64,000 nt of DNA from Chloroflexota bacterium (GCA_043826315.1 JBDRQK010000014.1:4230-68229), one strand, 5' to 3'. Positions 1 to 10,111 are shown, counted from the stretch's first letter. The notes: generated from the letters alone by a model not told the origin. Program-made: numbers and translations.

Positions 1-1308
1 TCCGATCACCTGACCTGTTTCAACGAAATCACCCAGTGAAACCTTGATTTCAGATTGGTGCCAGAAACCCGAGTAGACACCCCAACCATGATCTATTATT
101 GTCGCATTGCCTCGTACATCCAATAAACCAGTAAAAACAACAATTCCAGAGGCGGGTGCAGTAATTGGTAATCCGTTTCCACCACCAAAATCCAGGCCGG
201 AATGGAAACCGAAAATCTCCAAATCTGAACCAATCCCCTTATATGTTCGTCGATTTCCAAATTTTGAGGTGAAATAGCCTGTGTCCTCATATTGGATCGC
301 TGGACTTTTGAACATCCCATTAAAGTATCGTTCCGGATTTGCTTTGCTTGTAATGGACCGCACATAATCCTCTTCGGGTGCCGTGATTGAGGGATTGATC
401 GATTCTGGATCTACAAATAATATTTCTGATGTGTAGTTACCTGTCTGAATAAGGATCATCTGTTCAAAGGATTGAATACTTCCATCCTGAAGGGTCGCGT
501 CAAAACGGAGGGGATACAAACCTGGTTCGGTAAGTGCATGAACTCCTTGAAGAGAGACATATGAATTCTTTTCAATGGGGAAAAAATGTAACTCCTTATC
601 AACCAAAATCCCGCTGAGTGTAATTTCCTGGGAAGTTATTACTTGGATTTGTGCTGTTTTTCCCTGAGTTAGTGGTAAAGGGTCAACAATCACTGAGAGG
701 AAAATCGAAGGTAAACCTGTCTGAGATGAATTTCTAGTAGAACTGGGAATATATAGAACATCCCCGGGTATTGCAACCCAAGTGTCAGCCAGATTGTTAA
801 TTTCTATGATCGTCCAGGGGTCAGAATTATCTTTGATCGATCGTTCAAGCAGGGTTTCTTCAGATTCGAGATTAGTTGTACCAGTCCATGTTGGTTTTAC
901 TGGATCTTGAATAATGATCAGATGAGCACCGGCGTAAAATTCAGTAGGGCTAATGATATGATTTAATTTGCGAAGTTGAACAATCGGGATCCGATATTGC
1001 CGCGAAAGGCTTCGTTGCGTTTCTCCAAAAGAAACGATCCGGGAAGCTAGAATACCATTAATTCCATCCAGACCAGGAATTAGAAGTTGGTCACCCGGAA
1101 ATAATTGATTCGGGTCGATTATATTATTGGCAATCATTATTTCTTCTAAGCTGACATCGAAAATGGCTGCGATTCCTAATAGAGAATCACCTGGGCTTAC
1201 AATATAGATCGGTCCTGTGGGTGGATTATTTGCTTGCGCCTGAACTTGCGAGAAGCACAATGAAATAAATGTAACAAGAATGAAAAGAATATAATATTTA
1301 GACTTCAT
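1..1308 (-). CDS. Secreted LysM-repeat M23-family metallopeptidase (partial; 3' end lies beyond window start)
   Basis: Absent from the ORF track because it is open at the window edge. My minus-strand translation from ATG at 1308 is stop-free to position 1. It gives MKSKYYILFILVTFISLCFSQVQA (signal peptide), LysM-like YIVSPGDSLLGIAAIFDVSLEEIMIANNIIDPNQLFPGDQLLIPG, and M23 motifs FGFHSGLDFGG and IIDHGWGVYSGFWHQSEIKVSLGDFVETGQVIG. Confidence 0.8.
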   Translation of the reverse strand, partial: MKSKYYILFILVTFISLCFSQVQAQANNPPTGPIYIVSPGDSLLGIAAIFDVSLEEIMIANNIIDPNQLFPGDQLLIPGLDGINGILASRIVSFGETQRSLSRQYRIPIVQLRKLNHIISPTEFYAGAHLIIIQDPVKPTWTGTTNLESEETLLERSIKDNSDPWTIIEINNLADTWVAIPGDVLYIPSSTRNSSQTGLPSIFLSVIVDPLPLTQGKTAQIQVITSQEITLSGILVDKELHFFPIEKNSYVSLQGVHALTEPGLYPLRFDATLQDGSIQSFEQMILIQTGNYTSEILFVDPESINPSITAPEEDYVRSITSKANPERYFNGMFKSPAIQYEDTGYFTSKFGNRRTYKGIGSDLEIFGFHSGLDFGGGNGLPITAPASGIVVFTGLLDVRGNATIIDHGWGVYSGFWHQSEIKVSLGDFVETGQVIG

Positions 1309-1669
1309 AAAAAGAAACCTTGTCGCCAACTTTAAATTCTGATATACGGTCTGGGTGGATTTCTAAAGTATACATAGCAGGATGAGCTGGTAAATAAACA
1401 AGGTGCCAGGATTTTGCAAGAATTACATCCACCACTGAAAAACTAGAATCTATCCAGACTACAGCCAGATTCATAAAAACTGAGAGCATATGGATTGATG
1501 AATCAATTTTACTTTCGCGATTTTGAACCAGGATCAACCCTTCATCAAGTGCAATATTATGCCGAAACATGAATCCCCGCAATCGGCAGAAAAAGGTATC
1601 GCAATATATGACTTGGATTGGATTATTAAGAGATTGGTTGTTAACGAATATTTCAATTTTGTGAGGCAT
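1298..1669 (-). CDS. DUF192-family protein
   Basis: 123 aa. The RLRGFMFR...GLILV...IHMLSVFMNLAVVWID pattern resembles DUF192 (COG1430). The stop overlaps the start of the downstream M23 peptidase by 11 nt. Confidence 0.65.
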   Translation of the reverse strand: MPHKIEIFVNNQSLNNPIQVIYCDTFFCRLRGFMFRHNIALDEGLILVQNRESKIDSSIHMLSVFMNLAVVWIDSSFSVVDVILAKSWHLVYLPAHPAMYTLEIHPDRISEFKVGDKVSFYEV

Positions 1670-1707
1670 AAAGCTAGGGATAGATGCGCTAAGATTAATT
1701 TTGAAAA

Positions 1708-2121
1708 TTAATTGGTTTGACTGCTAGCTGATTTAGACTTACGAATTAAGATAGATTCGATACTGTCTAGTAATTCTTGCGGACTAAATGGTTTGGATAT
1801 GTAATCGTCTACCTTTGCTATGTGCAATCCTAAAACCCTGTCGATACTTTGGGCTTTGGCGGTAACAACGATTACAGGAATATTCTGAGTGGATTCATCA
1901 GATTTGATTTGCTGGTAAACCTCCCATCCATCCATCTCAGGCATCATAAGATCTAACAGGACCAAATCTGGTTTTTCCTTGCGAATAATTTCTAACCCTG
2001 ATACCCCTCTGTTAGCTCCAAAAACTTCGAAGCCTCTTCGGGACAAAATTAGTCGGATGAGGTCTACCATATCCTCGTCGTCTTCAATACACACAATTCG
2101 CTTTTTTATCATATCTGCCAT
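1708..2121 (-). CDS. Single-domain response regulator (CheY-like receiver)
   Basis: 137 aa with an IEDDED acidic pocket, phospho-acceptor context LVLLDLMMPEMDG, VVTA and SKPF motifs. No output domain. Confidence 0.85.
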   Translation of the reverse strand: MADMIKKRIVCIEDDEDMVDLIRLILSRRGFEVFGANRGVSGLEIIRKEKPDLVLLDLMMPEMDGWEVYQQIKSDESTQNIPVIVVTAKAQSIDRVLGLHIAKVDDYISKPFSPQELLDSIESILIRKSKSASSQTN

Positions 2122-2292
2122 GGTATCTCGCTTGAATAACCAAAGTTTACCATAATTATGGTTTAGGTGAAGGAACCTGAGAGAGAAAAAAACCTTAATA
2201 AGAATTTATAAGAAGTTTATATAAGATATTATATCTGTCTGGTTAAATCAATCATAGGTTGGTATAATCCTAACTATTATCAGGAGGCTTAT

Positions 2293-4164
2293 GTGAATAA
2301 TCGTAATCAGTCATATATAATTTACTTTCTGCTTTTTATAGCTATAGCGTCGATGCTATATTTTAGTCTTAATTCGCAGGGAGATTCTCAAAAAATTCTA
2401 ACATTGAACGAACTCGCCACCCAATTAGAGGAAGGAAATACCATTGCACGATTGGTTGTGGCTGAAGATAACACCGTAAAAGTGATTTTCCGTGATGATA
2501 CCAAGATTGAACAAACAACACGGAAAGAACCGGAAACAACTTTGATCGAACAATTGATAAACTTGGGCGTATCTCCATCCAAGTTGACTTCAAGTAATGT
2601 AAAAATTGAAGTTCAGGCACCAAGTCCTTGGGTGGGGATCATGACTCTTGCTGGGTATGTTTTACCTTTTCTTTTATTGGCTGGTTTATTCTGGTTCATA
2701 TTCAGACAAGCCCAAGGTTCAAACAATGCTGCAGCAGCCTTTGGAAAATCTAAAGCACGGATGTTCACAGGAGATCATCCAACCGTTACTTTTGAGGACG
2801 TTGCAGGTGTGGAAGAAGCGAAAGAAGAACTAAAGGAAGTAGTAGAGTTCTTGAAGGAACCTGAAAAATTCATCGCACTTGGTGCGCGAATTCCAAAAGG
2901 TGTTTTACTTGTAGGGCCTCCAGGAACAGGTAAGACTCTCATGGCGAAAGCTGTATCAGGAGAGGCCAGTGTGCCTTTTTTCTCAATATCCGGATCTGAA
3001 TTTGTTGAAATGTTTGTTGGTGTTGGCGCCAGTCGGGTACGTGATCTATTTGAACAGGCAAAGCGTCATTCACCCTGCATTGTATTTGTGGACGAAATTG
3101 ATGCAGTAGGTCGCCAGCGTGGAGCTGGTTTGGGTGGATCACATGATGAGCGAGAGCAGACATTGAATCAGATTCTTGTAGAGATGGATGGCTTTGATAC
3201 CGATACCAATGTAATCATTATTGCTGCGACAAATAGACCCGATATCTTGGATCCCGCATTATTACGTCCAGGTCGTTTTGACCGAAGAGTAACCCTTGAC
3301 AGACCTGATATGAGAGGTAGGGAGGCAATTCTCAAAGTGCATGCCAAAGGAAAACCACTTGAAGCTGACGTAGACCTGGGTGTACTGGCGCGTTCTACAC
3401 CTGGATTTGTTGGGGCAGACTTGGAAAATACGGTCAATGAGGCTGCCATTTTAGCAGCACGACGGAATAAGAAAGCTATAGGTCAATCAGAATTTGAAGA
3501 AGCAGTTGAACGTGTTATTGCTGGTCCAGAACGCAAGAGTCGCTTGATCAGCGAAGAAGAAAAACGTGTGGTCGCCTATCATGAAGCAGGTCATGCAATA
3601 GTCATGAATGTGATCCCTGAAGCAAATGCAGTTCAGAAAGTCTCTATTATCTCACGCGGTCAGATGGGAGGTTATACATTAGCCCTTCCCATCGATGATA
3701 GTACGCTGATCTCTCGAAAAAAATTATTAGCCGAGCTTGTAGGTTTGCTTGGAGGGCGTGTAGCTGAGGAACTGGTGTTCAATGATATTACATCAGGCGC
3801 ATCCAATGATATTGAAAGAGTTACGAAAATTGCCAGAACCATGGTTACAAGGTGGGGCATGAGCAGCGAAATGGGTCCAATGGTCTACGGGCAGAAGGAA
3901 GAGTTGATCTTCCTCGGTCGTGAAATTTCTGAGCAGAGAGATTATTCAGAAGCGATTGCAGAAAAAATAGATGAAGAAGTACGTAAGTTAGTAAATGATT
4001 CGTATTTGAGGACTCGAGAGATATTAACGACTTATCGAAATAAACTTGAAGAAGTGGCACAGCGTTTGCTGCAGGTGGAAACGCTTAATCGGGAAGAATT
4101 TGAAGCAATTTTTCCCCCTCCCGATCCCAAGAAAAGCGGGACTCCTGAAATTCTTGCAATGTAA
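2293..4164 (+). CDS. ftsH: ATP-dependent zinc metalloprotease FtsH
   Basis: 623 aa with an N-terminal TM segment, Walker A GPPGTGKT, Walker B VFVDEID, SRH region and zinc motif HEAGHA. GTG start preceded by AGGAGG. Confidence 0.95.
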   Translation: MNNRNQSYIIYFLLFIAIASMLYFSLNSQGDSQKILTLNELATQLEEGNTIARLVVAEDNTVKVIFRDDTKIEQTTRKEPETTLIEQLINLGVSPSKLTSSNVKIEVQAPSPWVGIMTLAGYVLPFLLLAGLFWFIFRQAQGSNNAAAAFGKSKARMFTGDHPTVTFEDVAGVEEAKEELKEVVEFLKEPEKFIALGARIPKGVLLVGPPGTGKTLMAKAVSGEASVPFFSISGSEFVEMFVGVGASRVRDLFEQAKRHSPCIVFVDEIDAVGRQRGAGLGGSHDEREQTLNQILVEMDGFDTDTNVIIIAATNRPDILDPALLRPGRFDRRVTLDRPDMRGREAILKVHAKGKPLEADVDLGVLARSTPGFVGADLENTVNEAAILAARRNKKAIGQSEFEEAVERVIAGPERKSRLISEEEKRVVAYHEAGHAIVMNVIPEANAVQKVSIISRGQMGGYTLALPIDDSTLISRKKLLAELVGLLGGRVAEELVFNDITSGASNDIERVTKIARTMVTRWGMSSEMGPMVYGQKEELIFLGREISEQRDYSEAIAEKIDEEVRKLVNDSYLRTREILTTYRNKLEEVAQRLLQVETLNREEFEAIFPPPDPKKSGTPEILAM

Positions 4165-4167
4165 AAC

Positions 4168-4206
4168 AAAAAGCATCCCATCGCAATGGCGGGATGCTTT
4201 TTCTTT
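4168..4206. terminator. Bidirectional rho-independent terminator between convergent ftsH and acyl-CoA ligase genes
   Basis: 12-bp perfect stem AAAAAGCATCCC / GGGATGCTTTTT with an 11-nt loop. A/T runs on both sides. Confidence 0.6.
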
Positions 4207-4224
4207 ATGGAAATAACGAGTAAA

Positions 4225-5907
4225 TTAAGATTCGGCTTCTTTGTGTTGGCGAACTAATTCTCGACGTAATATTTTCCCAACAGTTGTTTTTGGTAACTCA
4301 TTGCGATATTCAATATGCGTGGGAACTTTGTAAGCAGCAAGCCGTTCTTTGCACCAGGCTTTTACCTCGTCATCAGTAAGTGTCTCGCCGGGTTTTACCA
4401 CAATCCACGCTTTTACGGTCTCTCCTCGATAAGGATCTGGTATCCCAGCCACACCTGCTTCCAAAACTTTTGGGTTTTCCGAGAGAGCTTCTTCCACTTC
4501 ACGCGGCCATACTTGATATCCACCAGGTTTAATTAATTCTTTCTTCCGATCTACGATATAAAAATAACCATCCTCATCCATGCGGGCGATATCACCTGTA
4601 TATAACCAGCCATCCTGAAGAGCATTCTCAGTTTCAGTTGGCATGTTATGGTAGCCTTTCATAACTTGAGGGCCTTTTAGGACCAGTTCACCAATTTCAC
4701 CTATCGGGAGAACAGTTTTGCCATCATCCAGGCTTACAATGCGGCTATCAACATCTGATAAAGGTAAACCAATTGATCCGGTTCGATTTTCACCCATGAG
4801 TGGATTGCAATGTGTAGCTGTTGGGGCTTCTGAAAGGCCGAAACCTTCGAATAATTTTCCGCCACTCAATTCTTCCCAGCGTTCTTTGGTTTCACGCATC
4901 AGCGGGGCAGAGCCGGAAAGACATGCTCTAATCGAAGAAAGATTATATTTTCCTGAAATTACATCAGGATGGTTGTTGAGAGCAGTATAAAGTGTTGGAA
5001 CTCCAGGAAAAATTGTTGGTGAATATTTCTTAATATTATCCAGTACATCGTGCAAATCACGTACATTAGGGATCATGATCATTGTAGCTGCAGAAGCAAG
5101 TGCGAAATTCATTCCTGCAACCATGCCATACACGTGAAAGAGGGGAATCCCCATGAGAACAATCTCTCCACCTTCTCTAAGATCAGTCATCCATTTTTTG
5201 ATCTGAAGGGTGTTCGCAACCAGATTACGGTGCATTGCAACCGCTGCTTTTGATATACCGGTCGTCCCTCCACTATATTGGAACAGAGCAGTGTCGTCTG
5301 GAGATATATTTATCTTGGGGCGATCTTCAGGTTTAAATTTTGACAGGAGGTCTTGAAACCAGATGTCACCTGAATCCAGAGTCACTCTGAAACCACCTTT
5401 TTTCTCTTTGACCAGAGTAAAGAGAACTCGCATGAGAGGAGATAATGTCTCTTTGATATTTGTTACGATCAGAGTCTTGATCTTGGTTTTTGGTTGAGCT
5501 TCCTTAATTGTTTTATAGAAATTGCTCATGACAAACATTATTTCAATACCAGCATCATTTGACTGGTGTTCTATTTCAGGTGGAGTATATAGTGGGTTTG
5601 TAGCGACAACGACTCCACCTGCTTTTAGAATTCCATAATAAACCATGACAAATTGAGGTGTGTTGGGCATGAAAATTCCAACCCGATCACCTTTTTTTAC
5701 CCCAAGTGATGTAACAGCTGCAGCAATTCGATCTGTGAGTTCATTCATTTCCCGATAGGAAATTTCTGCACCTTTAAATATTGTACATGCTCTATCCGGA
5801 AATTTACGTGCAGATTCTTCTAAAAAATAGAAAAGTGGCTCCGCAGGATAATTTATTGAAACTGGAACACCTTTATCGTAATGTTTTAACCATGGTTTTT
5901 CATCCAT
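4225..5907 (-). CDS. fadD: Long-chain fatty acid-CoA ligase (AMP-dependent synthetase/ligase family)
   Basis: 560 aa. AMP-binding motif YSGGTTGISKAA, YGMVA, GWLYTGDIA, and C-terminal PKTTVGKILRREL. Confidence 0.85.
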   Translation of the reverse strand: MDEKPWLKHYDKGVPVSINYPAEPLFYFLEESARKFPDRACTIFKGAEISYREMNELTDRIAAAVTSLGVKKGDRVGIFMPNTPQFVMVYYGILKAGGVVVATNPLYTPPEIEHQSNDAGIEIMFVMSNFYKTIKEAQPKTKIKTLIVTNIKETLSPLMRVLFTLVKEKKGGFRVTLDSGDIWFQDLLSKFKPEDRPKINISPDDTALFQYSGGTTGISKAAVAMHRNLVANTLQIKKWMTDLREGGEIVLMGIPLFHVYGMVAGMNFALASAATMIMIPNVRDLHDVLDNIKKYSPTIFPGVPTLYTALNNHPDVISGKYNLSSIRACLSGSAPLMRETKERWEELSGGKLFEGFGLSEAPTATHCNPLMGENRTGSIGLPLSDVDSRIVSLDDGKTVLPIGEIGELVLKGPQVMKGYHNMPTETENALQDGWLYTGDIARMDEDGYFYIVDRKKELIKPGGYQVWPREVEEALSENPKVLEAGVAGIPDPYRGETVKAWIVVKPGETLTDDEVKAWCKERLAAYKVPTHIEYRNELPKTTVGKILRRELVRQHKEAES

Positions 5908-6041
5908 TAGTCATCTCCTCCTCAAGAGAACTACAATTCGAAAATCAGAATGGGGATAAACACCTCTAATACTAGTATAGAGGAGAAAATCCTAAAAGTC
6001 AATTAGGAATCGAAACTTTAGAGCTCTTTATGTGTTAAAAC

Positions 6042-6959
6042 CTAATCGAGAAATAATTGAAGGAAAACAAAGATATCTGATAACTTGTGCTCGGAAGTAT
6101 TGAACCAATGAATTTTGATATCTGTTGGTTTAAACCAATTTGCCTGCCTACGTACAAAAATTCGAGTTTTCTTTTTGATATCTTCAATTGCCTGTTCAAC
6201 AGAAATATCCCCTAAGACAACTCTTGCACATTCACGATAACCTATCGCAGACATGGAAGGCAGATCGGGTGAATACCCCATTTCAAGCAGTGTTTTTACC
6301 TCATTGATAAAACCATCCGCGAACATCTTTTCAATGCGGAAATCAATCCGCTCATATAATTCCACGCGCGGTCTATTCAATCCAATAGTGATCAGATTGT
6401 ACGGGGAAATATTTCGTTTTCTTTGTGACGAATATTGTTCTCCGGAGCTAAAGATTACTTCTAGTGCACGTATTGTACGACGTACATTTCGAGAATCGAT
6501 CGTTAATGCTGCTTCTGGATCCAGAAGGTGCAAAGCGTTGTGAAGAAATTCTTTGCCTCTTAATTCTGCCATCTTTTCAAGAGAAATTCTTAATATTGAA
6601 TTTGGAGGTATTGATGGTGGAGACCAGTTATAAGCGACAGCGCGAATATATTGACCAGTTCCACCAACTAAAAAAGGAATATGATTTCTTAAATAGATAT
6701 CCTTGATGGCAGCCAGAGCGTTCTTTTGGAAGATTGCCAGATTCCAGGTATTATCTGGATCGGTTACATTAATTAAATGGTGCGGTACTCGATCAAGATC
6801 CGTTTTGGTTGGTTTTGCGGTACCGATGTCCATACCTCTATAAAAAGTCCTTGAATCTGCAGATATTATCTCTCCGTTAAATTTCTCAGCAAGAGAAATG
6901 CTCACTTCGGTTTTACCAACACAAGTTGGTCCAACTATGGCAACTAGGGGATTGTTCAT
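6042..6959 (-). CDS. miaA: tRNA dimethylallyltransferase
   Basis: P-loop GPTCVGKT; DSRTFYRGMDIGTAKP and GGTGQY motifs. I prefer the internal ATG at 6959 (MNNPLVAIVGPT), which leaves a 1-nt gap to yraN, over the ORF-track start at 6980. Confidence 0.9.
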   Translation of the reverse strand: MNNPLVAIVGPTCVGKTEVSISLAEKFNGEIISADSRTFYRGMDIGTAKPTKTDLDRVPHHLINVTDPDNTWNLAIFQKNALAAIKDIYLRNHIPFLVGGTGQYIRAVAYNWSPPSIPPNSILRISLEKMAELRGKEFLHNALHLLDPEAALTIDSRNVRRTIRALEVIFSSGEQYSSQRKRNISPYNLITIGLNRPRVELYERIDFRIEKMFADGFINEVKTLLEMGYSPDLPSMSAIGYRECARVVLGDISVEQAIEDIKKKTRIFVRRQANWFKPTDIKIHWFNTSEHKLSDIFVFLQLFLD

Positions 6960-6960
6960 A

Positions 6961-7320
6961 TCATGAAATAACATTCTCAAAGTGGACTATCTCAATGAGT
7001 TTAGAATTAGATTTGAGGATTGCGATGGCATCACATTGCCATGTCCCTAAATAGTTATTAGTTTGGACATAAAACAAAGCAGATGCTTCCATGTGGCCTA
7101 ATTTACGTGAGTCGATAGAAATCTCAGGGTTGCCAAATGCTGTATTTCCGCGTGTTTTTACTTCAACAAAGGTCAATACTTGATCTAATGAAGCAAGGAT
7201 GTCAATCTCTCCATGAGGGGTTCGAATATTCTTTCCCAAGATTTTATAACCTTTTTTTGAGAGATAATTTGAAGCTTCTTGCTCTCCCCATTTACCTAGT
7301 TTTTGATTTTTCTTGCTCAT
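6961..7320 (-). CDS. YraN-family (UPF0102) endonuclease-like protein
   Basis: 119 aa. [32 protein letters not shown]...LTFVEVKTR is typical of the YraN family. Confidence 0.8.
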   Translation of the reverse strand: MSKKNQKLGKWGEQEASNYLSKKGYKILGKNIRTPHGEIDILASLDQVLTFVEVKTRGNTAFGNPEISIDSRKLGHMEASALFYVQTNNYLGTWQCDAIAILKSNSKLIEIVHFENVIS

Positions 7321-7436
7321 TTTCTTGACCTTTATGTATTCAAAATCTCAATCTATATGCTAAGTCATTGCAGATGGCATGTCAAGGTAGGGTATAATTA
7401 TTTAGCTAGTTTATCAGAGAATAATTTTAGATAAGG

Positions 7437-9020
7437 ATGTTTATGGGCACTGCTTTACGAAGTTTATCAGATGATTATTGGAAAACTTTTTCTATCAGCA
7501 AAGAAGACATAGAGTTTATCAATAATTACCTTTTTGAAAGTGAGATTCCCCGAACTGCGAAGGAATTGGTCCCATTATTATTCGAAGAAAGAATACAAAA
7601 AGAAAAACAGCTATTATTGGAGAAGCAAAAAAGCCGCGGAAAAGCATATTTACCAAGTGAGAAATTCTCTGTTGGTGAAAAAATAGTATTCCCAAAAAGG
7701 GAATGGCAGGAAGGTACAATCACTTCGATTCGTCCAGGTGTGAACCCAAATATTGGAGAGTTTGATGTGTTGGATGTAGAGTTTGATGATCACCAGATCT
7801 CACAATTCGCAGGAAATTTGCTTGACCATAAACTGAATAAAGTGGCTGAAATTATTGATGGTGAAGGTGATTTGGAAATTGAATCCCTGCTAAGTTTAAA
7901 TGGACCTTCCATAGAAAGAAAATTATTAGCAGCGTTAGTTGATGATGAAGGTTTGGTAAGTATTGCTGGACGATGGTTTCCAGAGGCACTCCTCATTAAT
8001 ATAAACACAGGGCAATTAAATTTGGCAGAAGCAGTTCTTGATGAAGTAAAAGGAGTACCTCTGAATACTCAGGCTATTTTGAATCAAATTGAAATGGCCG
8101 GGGATTTTAACACAAACTTGCTTGAGTTCTCAATGAATTATGCTCTACAAGAAGACAAGCGTTTTGATGAAATTGGTCCTGCAGGTGAAGTTCTTTGGTG
8201 TCTCGAGCGCCTGGAACCTGAAGGGGTTAGGAATATTCCGGCTCAGTTGCGCTACATTCCCGTGGAATACGATAGGTCTGTTTTAACAGAAGAAATGCTC
8301 GAATTAGAATTGGAACTTGATGATGAATTAAGTGAGTTTCCCCCAATTGAAGATATCCAAAAAGAAACAATTGTTAGTCTAACCTATTCACATTGGAGAG
8401 CAGGAACGCTGCCTGTATCCAATAAGGTAAAACCCCATATACCATATGCATATGAATCAGAAAGAATCCGCTTTACTTTGGTTGATGAAAAAACAAAAGA
8501 AGAAATTCCTGCATGGGTTGTTAGAAAGAGCAGATATGTGTATGGATTGAAAGAATACTATGAGCACTGTGGGTTGATCCCAGGCAGTTTGATAATACTA
8601 CGAAAGAGTAATAGAAAGGGGATTGTATTAATTAATGCAAAAACCCGACGTCCTAAAAAAGAATGGGTACGTACTGTTTTAGTTGGAAGAGACGGTGGTA
8701 TTGTATTTGCAATGCTAAAACAGAACATCTTTGCTGATTTTAATGAAAGGATGGTTGTTGCAGTTCCTGATCCGGCAGGACTTGATACTGCGAGAGAACA
8801 ATTTTCGAAGAATAAAAAATCGTTCGAGGAAAATATTGTTTCAATCATGCGAGATTTGACGAAACTAAATTTGCAAGGTCATATCCATGCACAGGAATTA
8901 TATTCTGCAATTAATATAGTTATGCGTTGTCCTCCAGGACCCCTCTTTAGTTTGTTAGCCACTCGGGATAATTTTATCCATGTTGGAGATCTACATTTTC
9001 GATTGGAAGAAACGATTTAA
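7437..9020 (+). CDS. Hypothetical protein, 527 aa, no family recognised
   Basis: Long ORF with protein-like composition and no recognisable catalytic motif. It has an acidic stretch EEMLELELELDDELSEFPP and two segments that look like small beta-barrels (GEKIVFPKREWQEGTITSI; GSLIILRKSNRKGIVLIN). Confidence 0.6.
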   Translation: MFMGTALRSLSDDYWKTFSISKEDIEFINNYLFESEIPRTAKELVPLLFEERIQKEKQLLLEKQKSRGKAYLPSEKFSVGEKIVFPKREWQEGTITSIRPGVNPNIGEFDVLDVEFDDHQISQFAGNLLDHKLNKVAEIIDGEGDLEIESLLSLNGPSIERKLLAALVDDEGLVSIAGRWFPEALLININTGQLNLAEAVLDEVKGVPLNTQAILNQIEMAGDFNTNLLEFSMNYALQEDKRFDEIGPAGEVLWCLERLEPEGVRNIPAQLRYIPVEYDRSVLTEEMLELELELDDELSEFPPIEDIQKETIVSLTYSHWRAGTLPVSNKVKPHIPYAYESERIRFTLVDEKTKEEIPAWVVRKSRYVYGLKEYYEHCGLIPGSLIILRKSNRKGIVLINAKTRRPKKEWVRTVLVGRDGGIVFAMLKQNIFADFNERMVVAVPDPAGLDTAREQFSKNKKSFEENIVSIMRDLTKLNLQGHIHAQELYSAINIVMRCPPGPLFSLLATRDNFIHVGDLHFRLEETI

Positions 9021-9033
9021 TTAGAGGTTATGC

Positions 9034-9471
9034 ATGTCGGAATTTACAAGAATGAGTATGATAAAACCAAATATCAATACACCTTTTCATCTTGACTTTG
9101 ATTGGTGGAAAGGGATGGATCGCAATTGGCGTGTTGATCTTCGGGAACTATTATGTTTTGACCACAAAGAGGCATTCAGTTCTTTTCCTGAGGATCAAAT
9201 GATAGACTGGGTCGATCCTGAAACAGCTGAAGTAAAATCCATGGATGGTTTACAATATATGATCACAAACCATTGTGCACTCCAGGATGAATTTCTTAAC
9301 AAACATACTACGTTGGTGGATGCTGTATTCCGTACTTTCTTATCAAATGGAAATACACCAATGTCTGCTGGAGAATTAGGCAAATATCTTGGTCGGCCAG
9401 GGGAAATAATATTGAAGACCTTGGGTGGACCAAGAGTATACAAAGGTATCAGACCTTATAATCACCTTTGA
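9034..9471 (+). CDS. Hypothetical protein, 145 aa, Trp-rich N-terminus
   Basis: ORF begins 13 nt after the previous stop. No family recognised. Confidence 0.55.
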   Translation: MSEFTRMSMIKPNINTPFHLDFDWWKGMDRNWRVDLRELLCFDHKEAFSSFPEDQMIDWVDPETAEVKSMDGLQYMITNHCALQDEFLNKHTTLVDAVFRTFLSNGNTPMSAGELGKYLGRPGEIILKTLGGPRVYKGIRPYNHL

Positions 9472-9478
9472 TTAATAA

Positions 9479-9554
9479 GCCTCTGTAGCTCAATGGACAG
9501 AGCAGCAGCCTTCTAAGCTGTTGGTTGTGGGTTCGAGTCCCGCCAGAGGCGCCA
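9479..9554 (+). tRNA. tRNA-Arg (anticodon TCT), CCA encoded
   Basis: Manual cloverleaf: acceptor GCCTCTG/CAGAGGC, D arm GCTC-AATGGAC-AGAGC, anticodon stem GCAGC/GCTGT, loop CTTCTAA, T arm GTGGG-TTCGAGT-CCCGC, discriminator G, then CCA. Confidence 0.9.
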
Positions 9555-9593
9555 TGTCTAAATCGCTAAGTTACAAAGAAATGGAAACATATT

Positions 9594-10111
9594 ATGGAAA
9601 TTGAACGCTCAGGTCTAAGAAAATTTAACGGTATTGATGAAATAGCGGTTGGACCAGATCTTAAATCAGGTGATGTAACCCCAGATTTTGAGACTCATAT
9701 GTCTGATTGGTAGAAATTTCAAGGGTTGAAAGATACAAAGGGAAAGGTTCGGATAATTGCAGCTGTTCCATCATTGGAACTGCTGTTTGGATTGTGAAAC
9801 TCAGCGATTCAATTTGGAAGCAACTAATCTGGTTTAGGGTATTGTTGTTCTGGTTGTTAGTATGGATTTACTTTTTTCTCAAAAAAGATGGTGTGGTGGA
9901 GCTCGTATAGAACGTGTTATTACTTTGTCTGATCTTAGGAGCGGTGATTTTGGGAAAATATTGATGTTTGATGAAAGGTGTCCGGTTGTTGAGACGAGCA
10001 GTATTTGTTATTAATCGAGAATGTAAGATCGTTTACTCAGCTTATATTCCCGAGTTGGGCGTTGAACCAGATTATGATACCATCATCGGCCCAGCCAAGA
10101 ACGCGTTATAA
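9594..10111 (+). pseudogene. tpx: Decayed thiol peroxidase (Tpx-type peroxiredoxin) pseudogene
   Basis: Tpx-like segments are spread over three frames: MEIERSGLRKFNGIDEIAVGPDLKSGDVTPDF..KGKVRIIAAVPSL; TAV / DCETQRFNLEATNLV*GIVVLVVSMDLLFSQKRWCGGARIERVITLSDLRSGDFGKI; LLRRAVFVINRECKIVYSAYIPELGVEPDYDTIIGPAKNAL*. There are two in-frame TAG stops and at least three frameshifts. One frameshift falls in the peroxidatic Cys codon of the PSLDTxVC motif. Confidence 0.8.

Noticed and set aside
96-365. 89-aa minus-strand ORF at the window start.
   Set aside because: It is in a different frame from the stop-free LysM/M23 reading frame that spans 1-1308 and carries clear M23 motifs.
9707-9910. 67-aa ORF between tRNA-Arg and lon.
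   Set aside because: It is an out-of-frame read-through of the decayed tpx gene. The Tpx-like signal lies in the other frames.
9594-10111. Two in-frame TAG codons in the tpx remnant as possible stop-codon recoding (pyrrolysine-like or suppressor).
   Set aside because: The same gene also needs at least three frameshifts to be read. No pyl genes or suppressor tRNA are seen. Simple gene decay explains everything.
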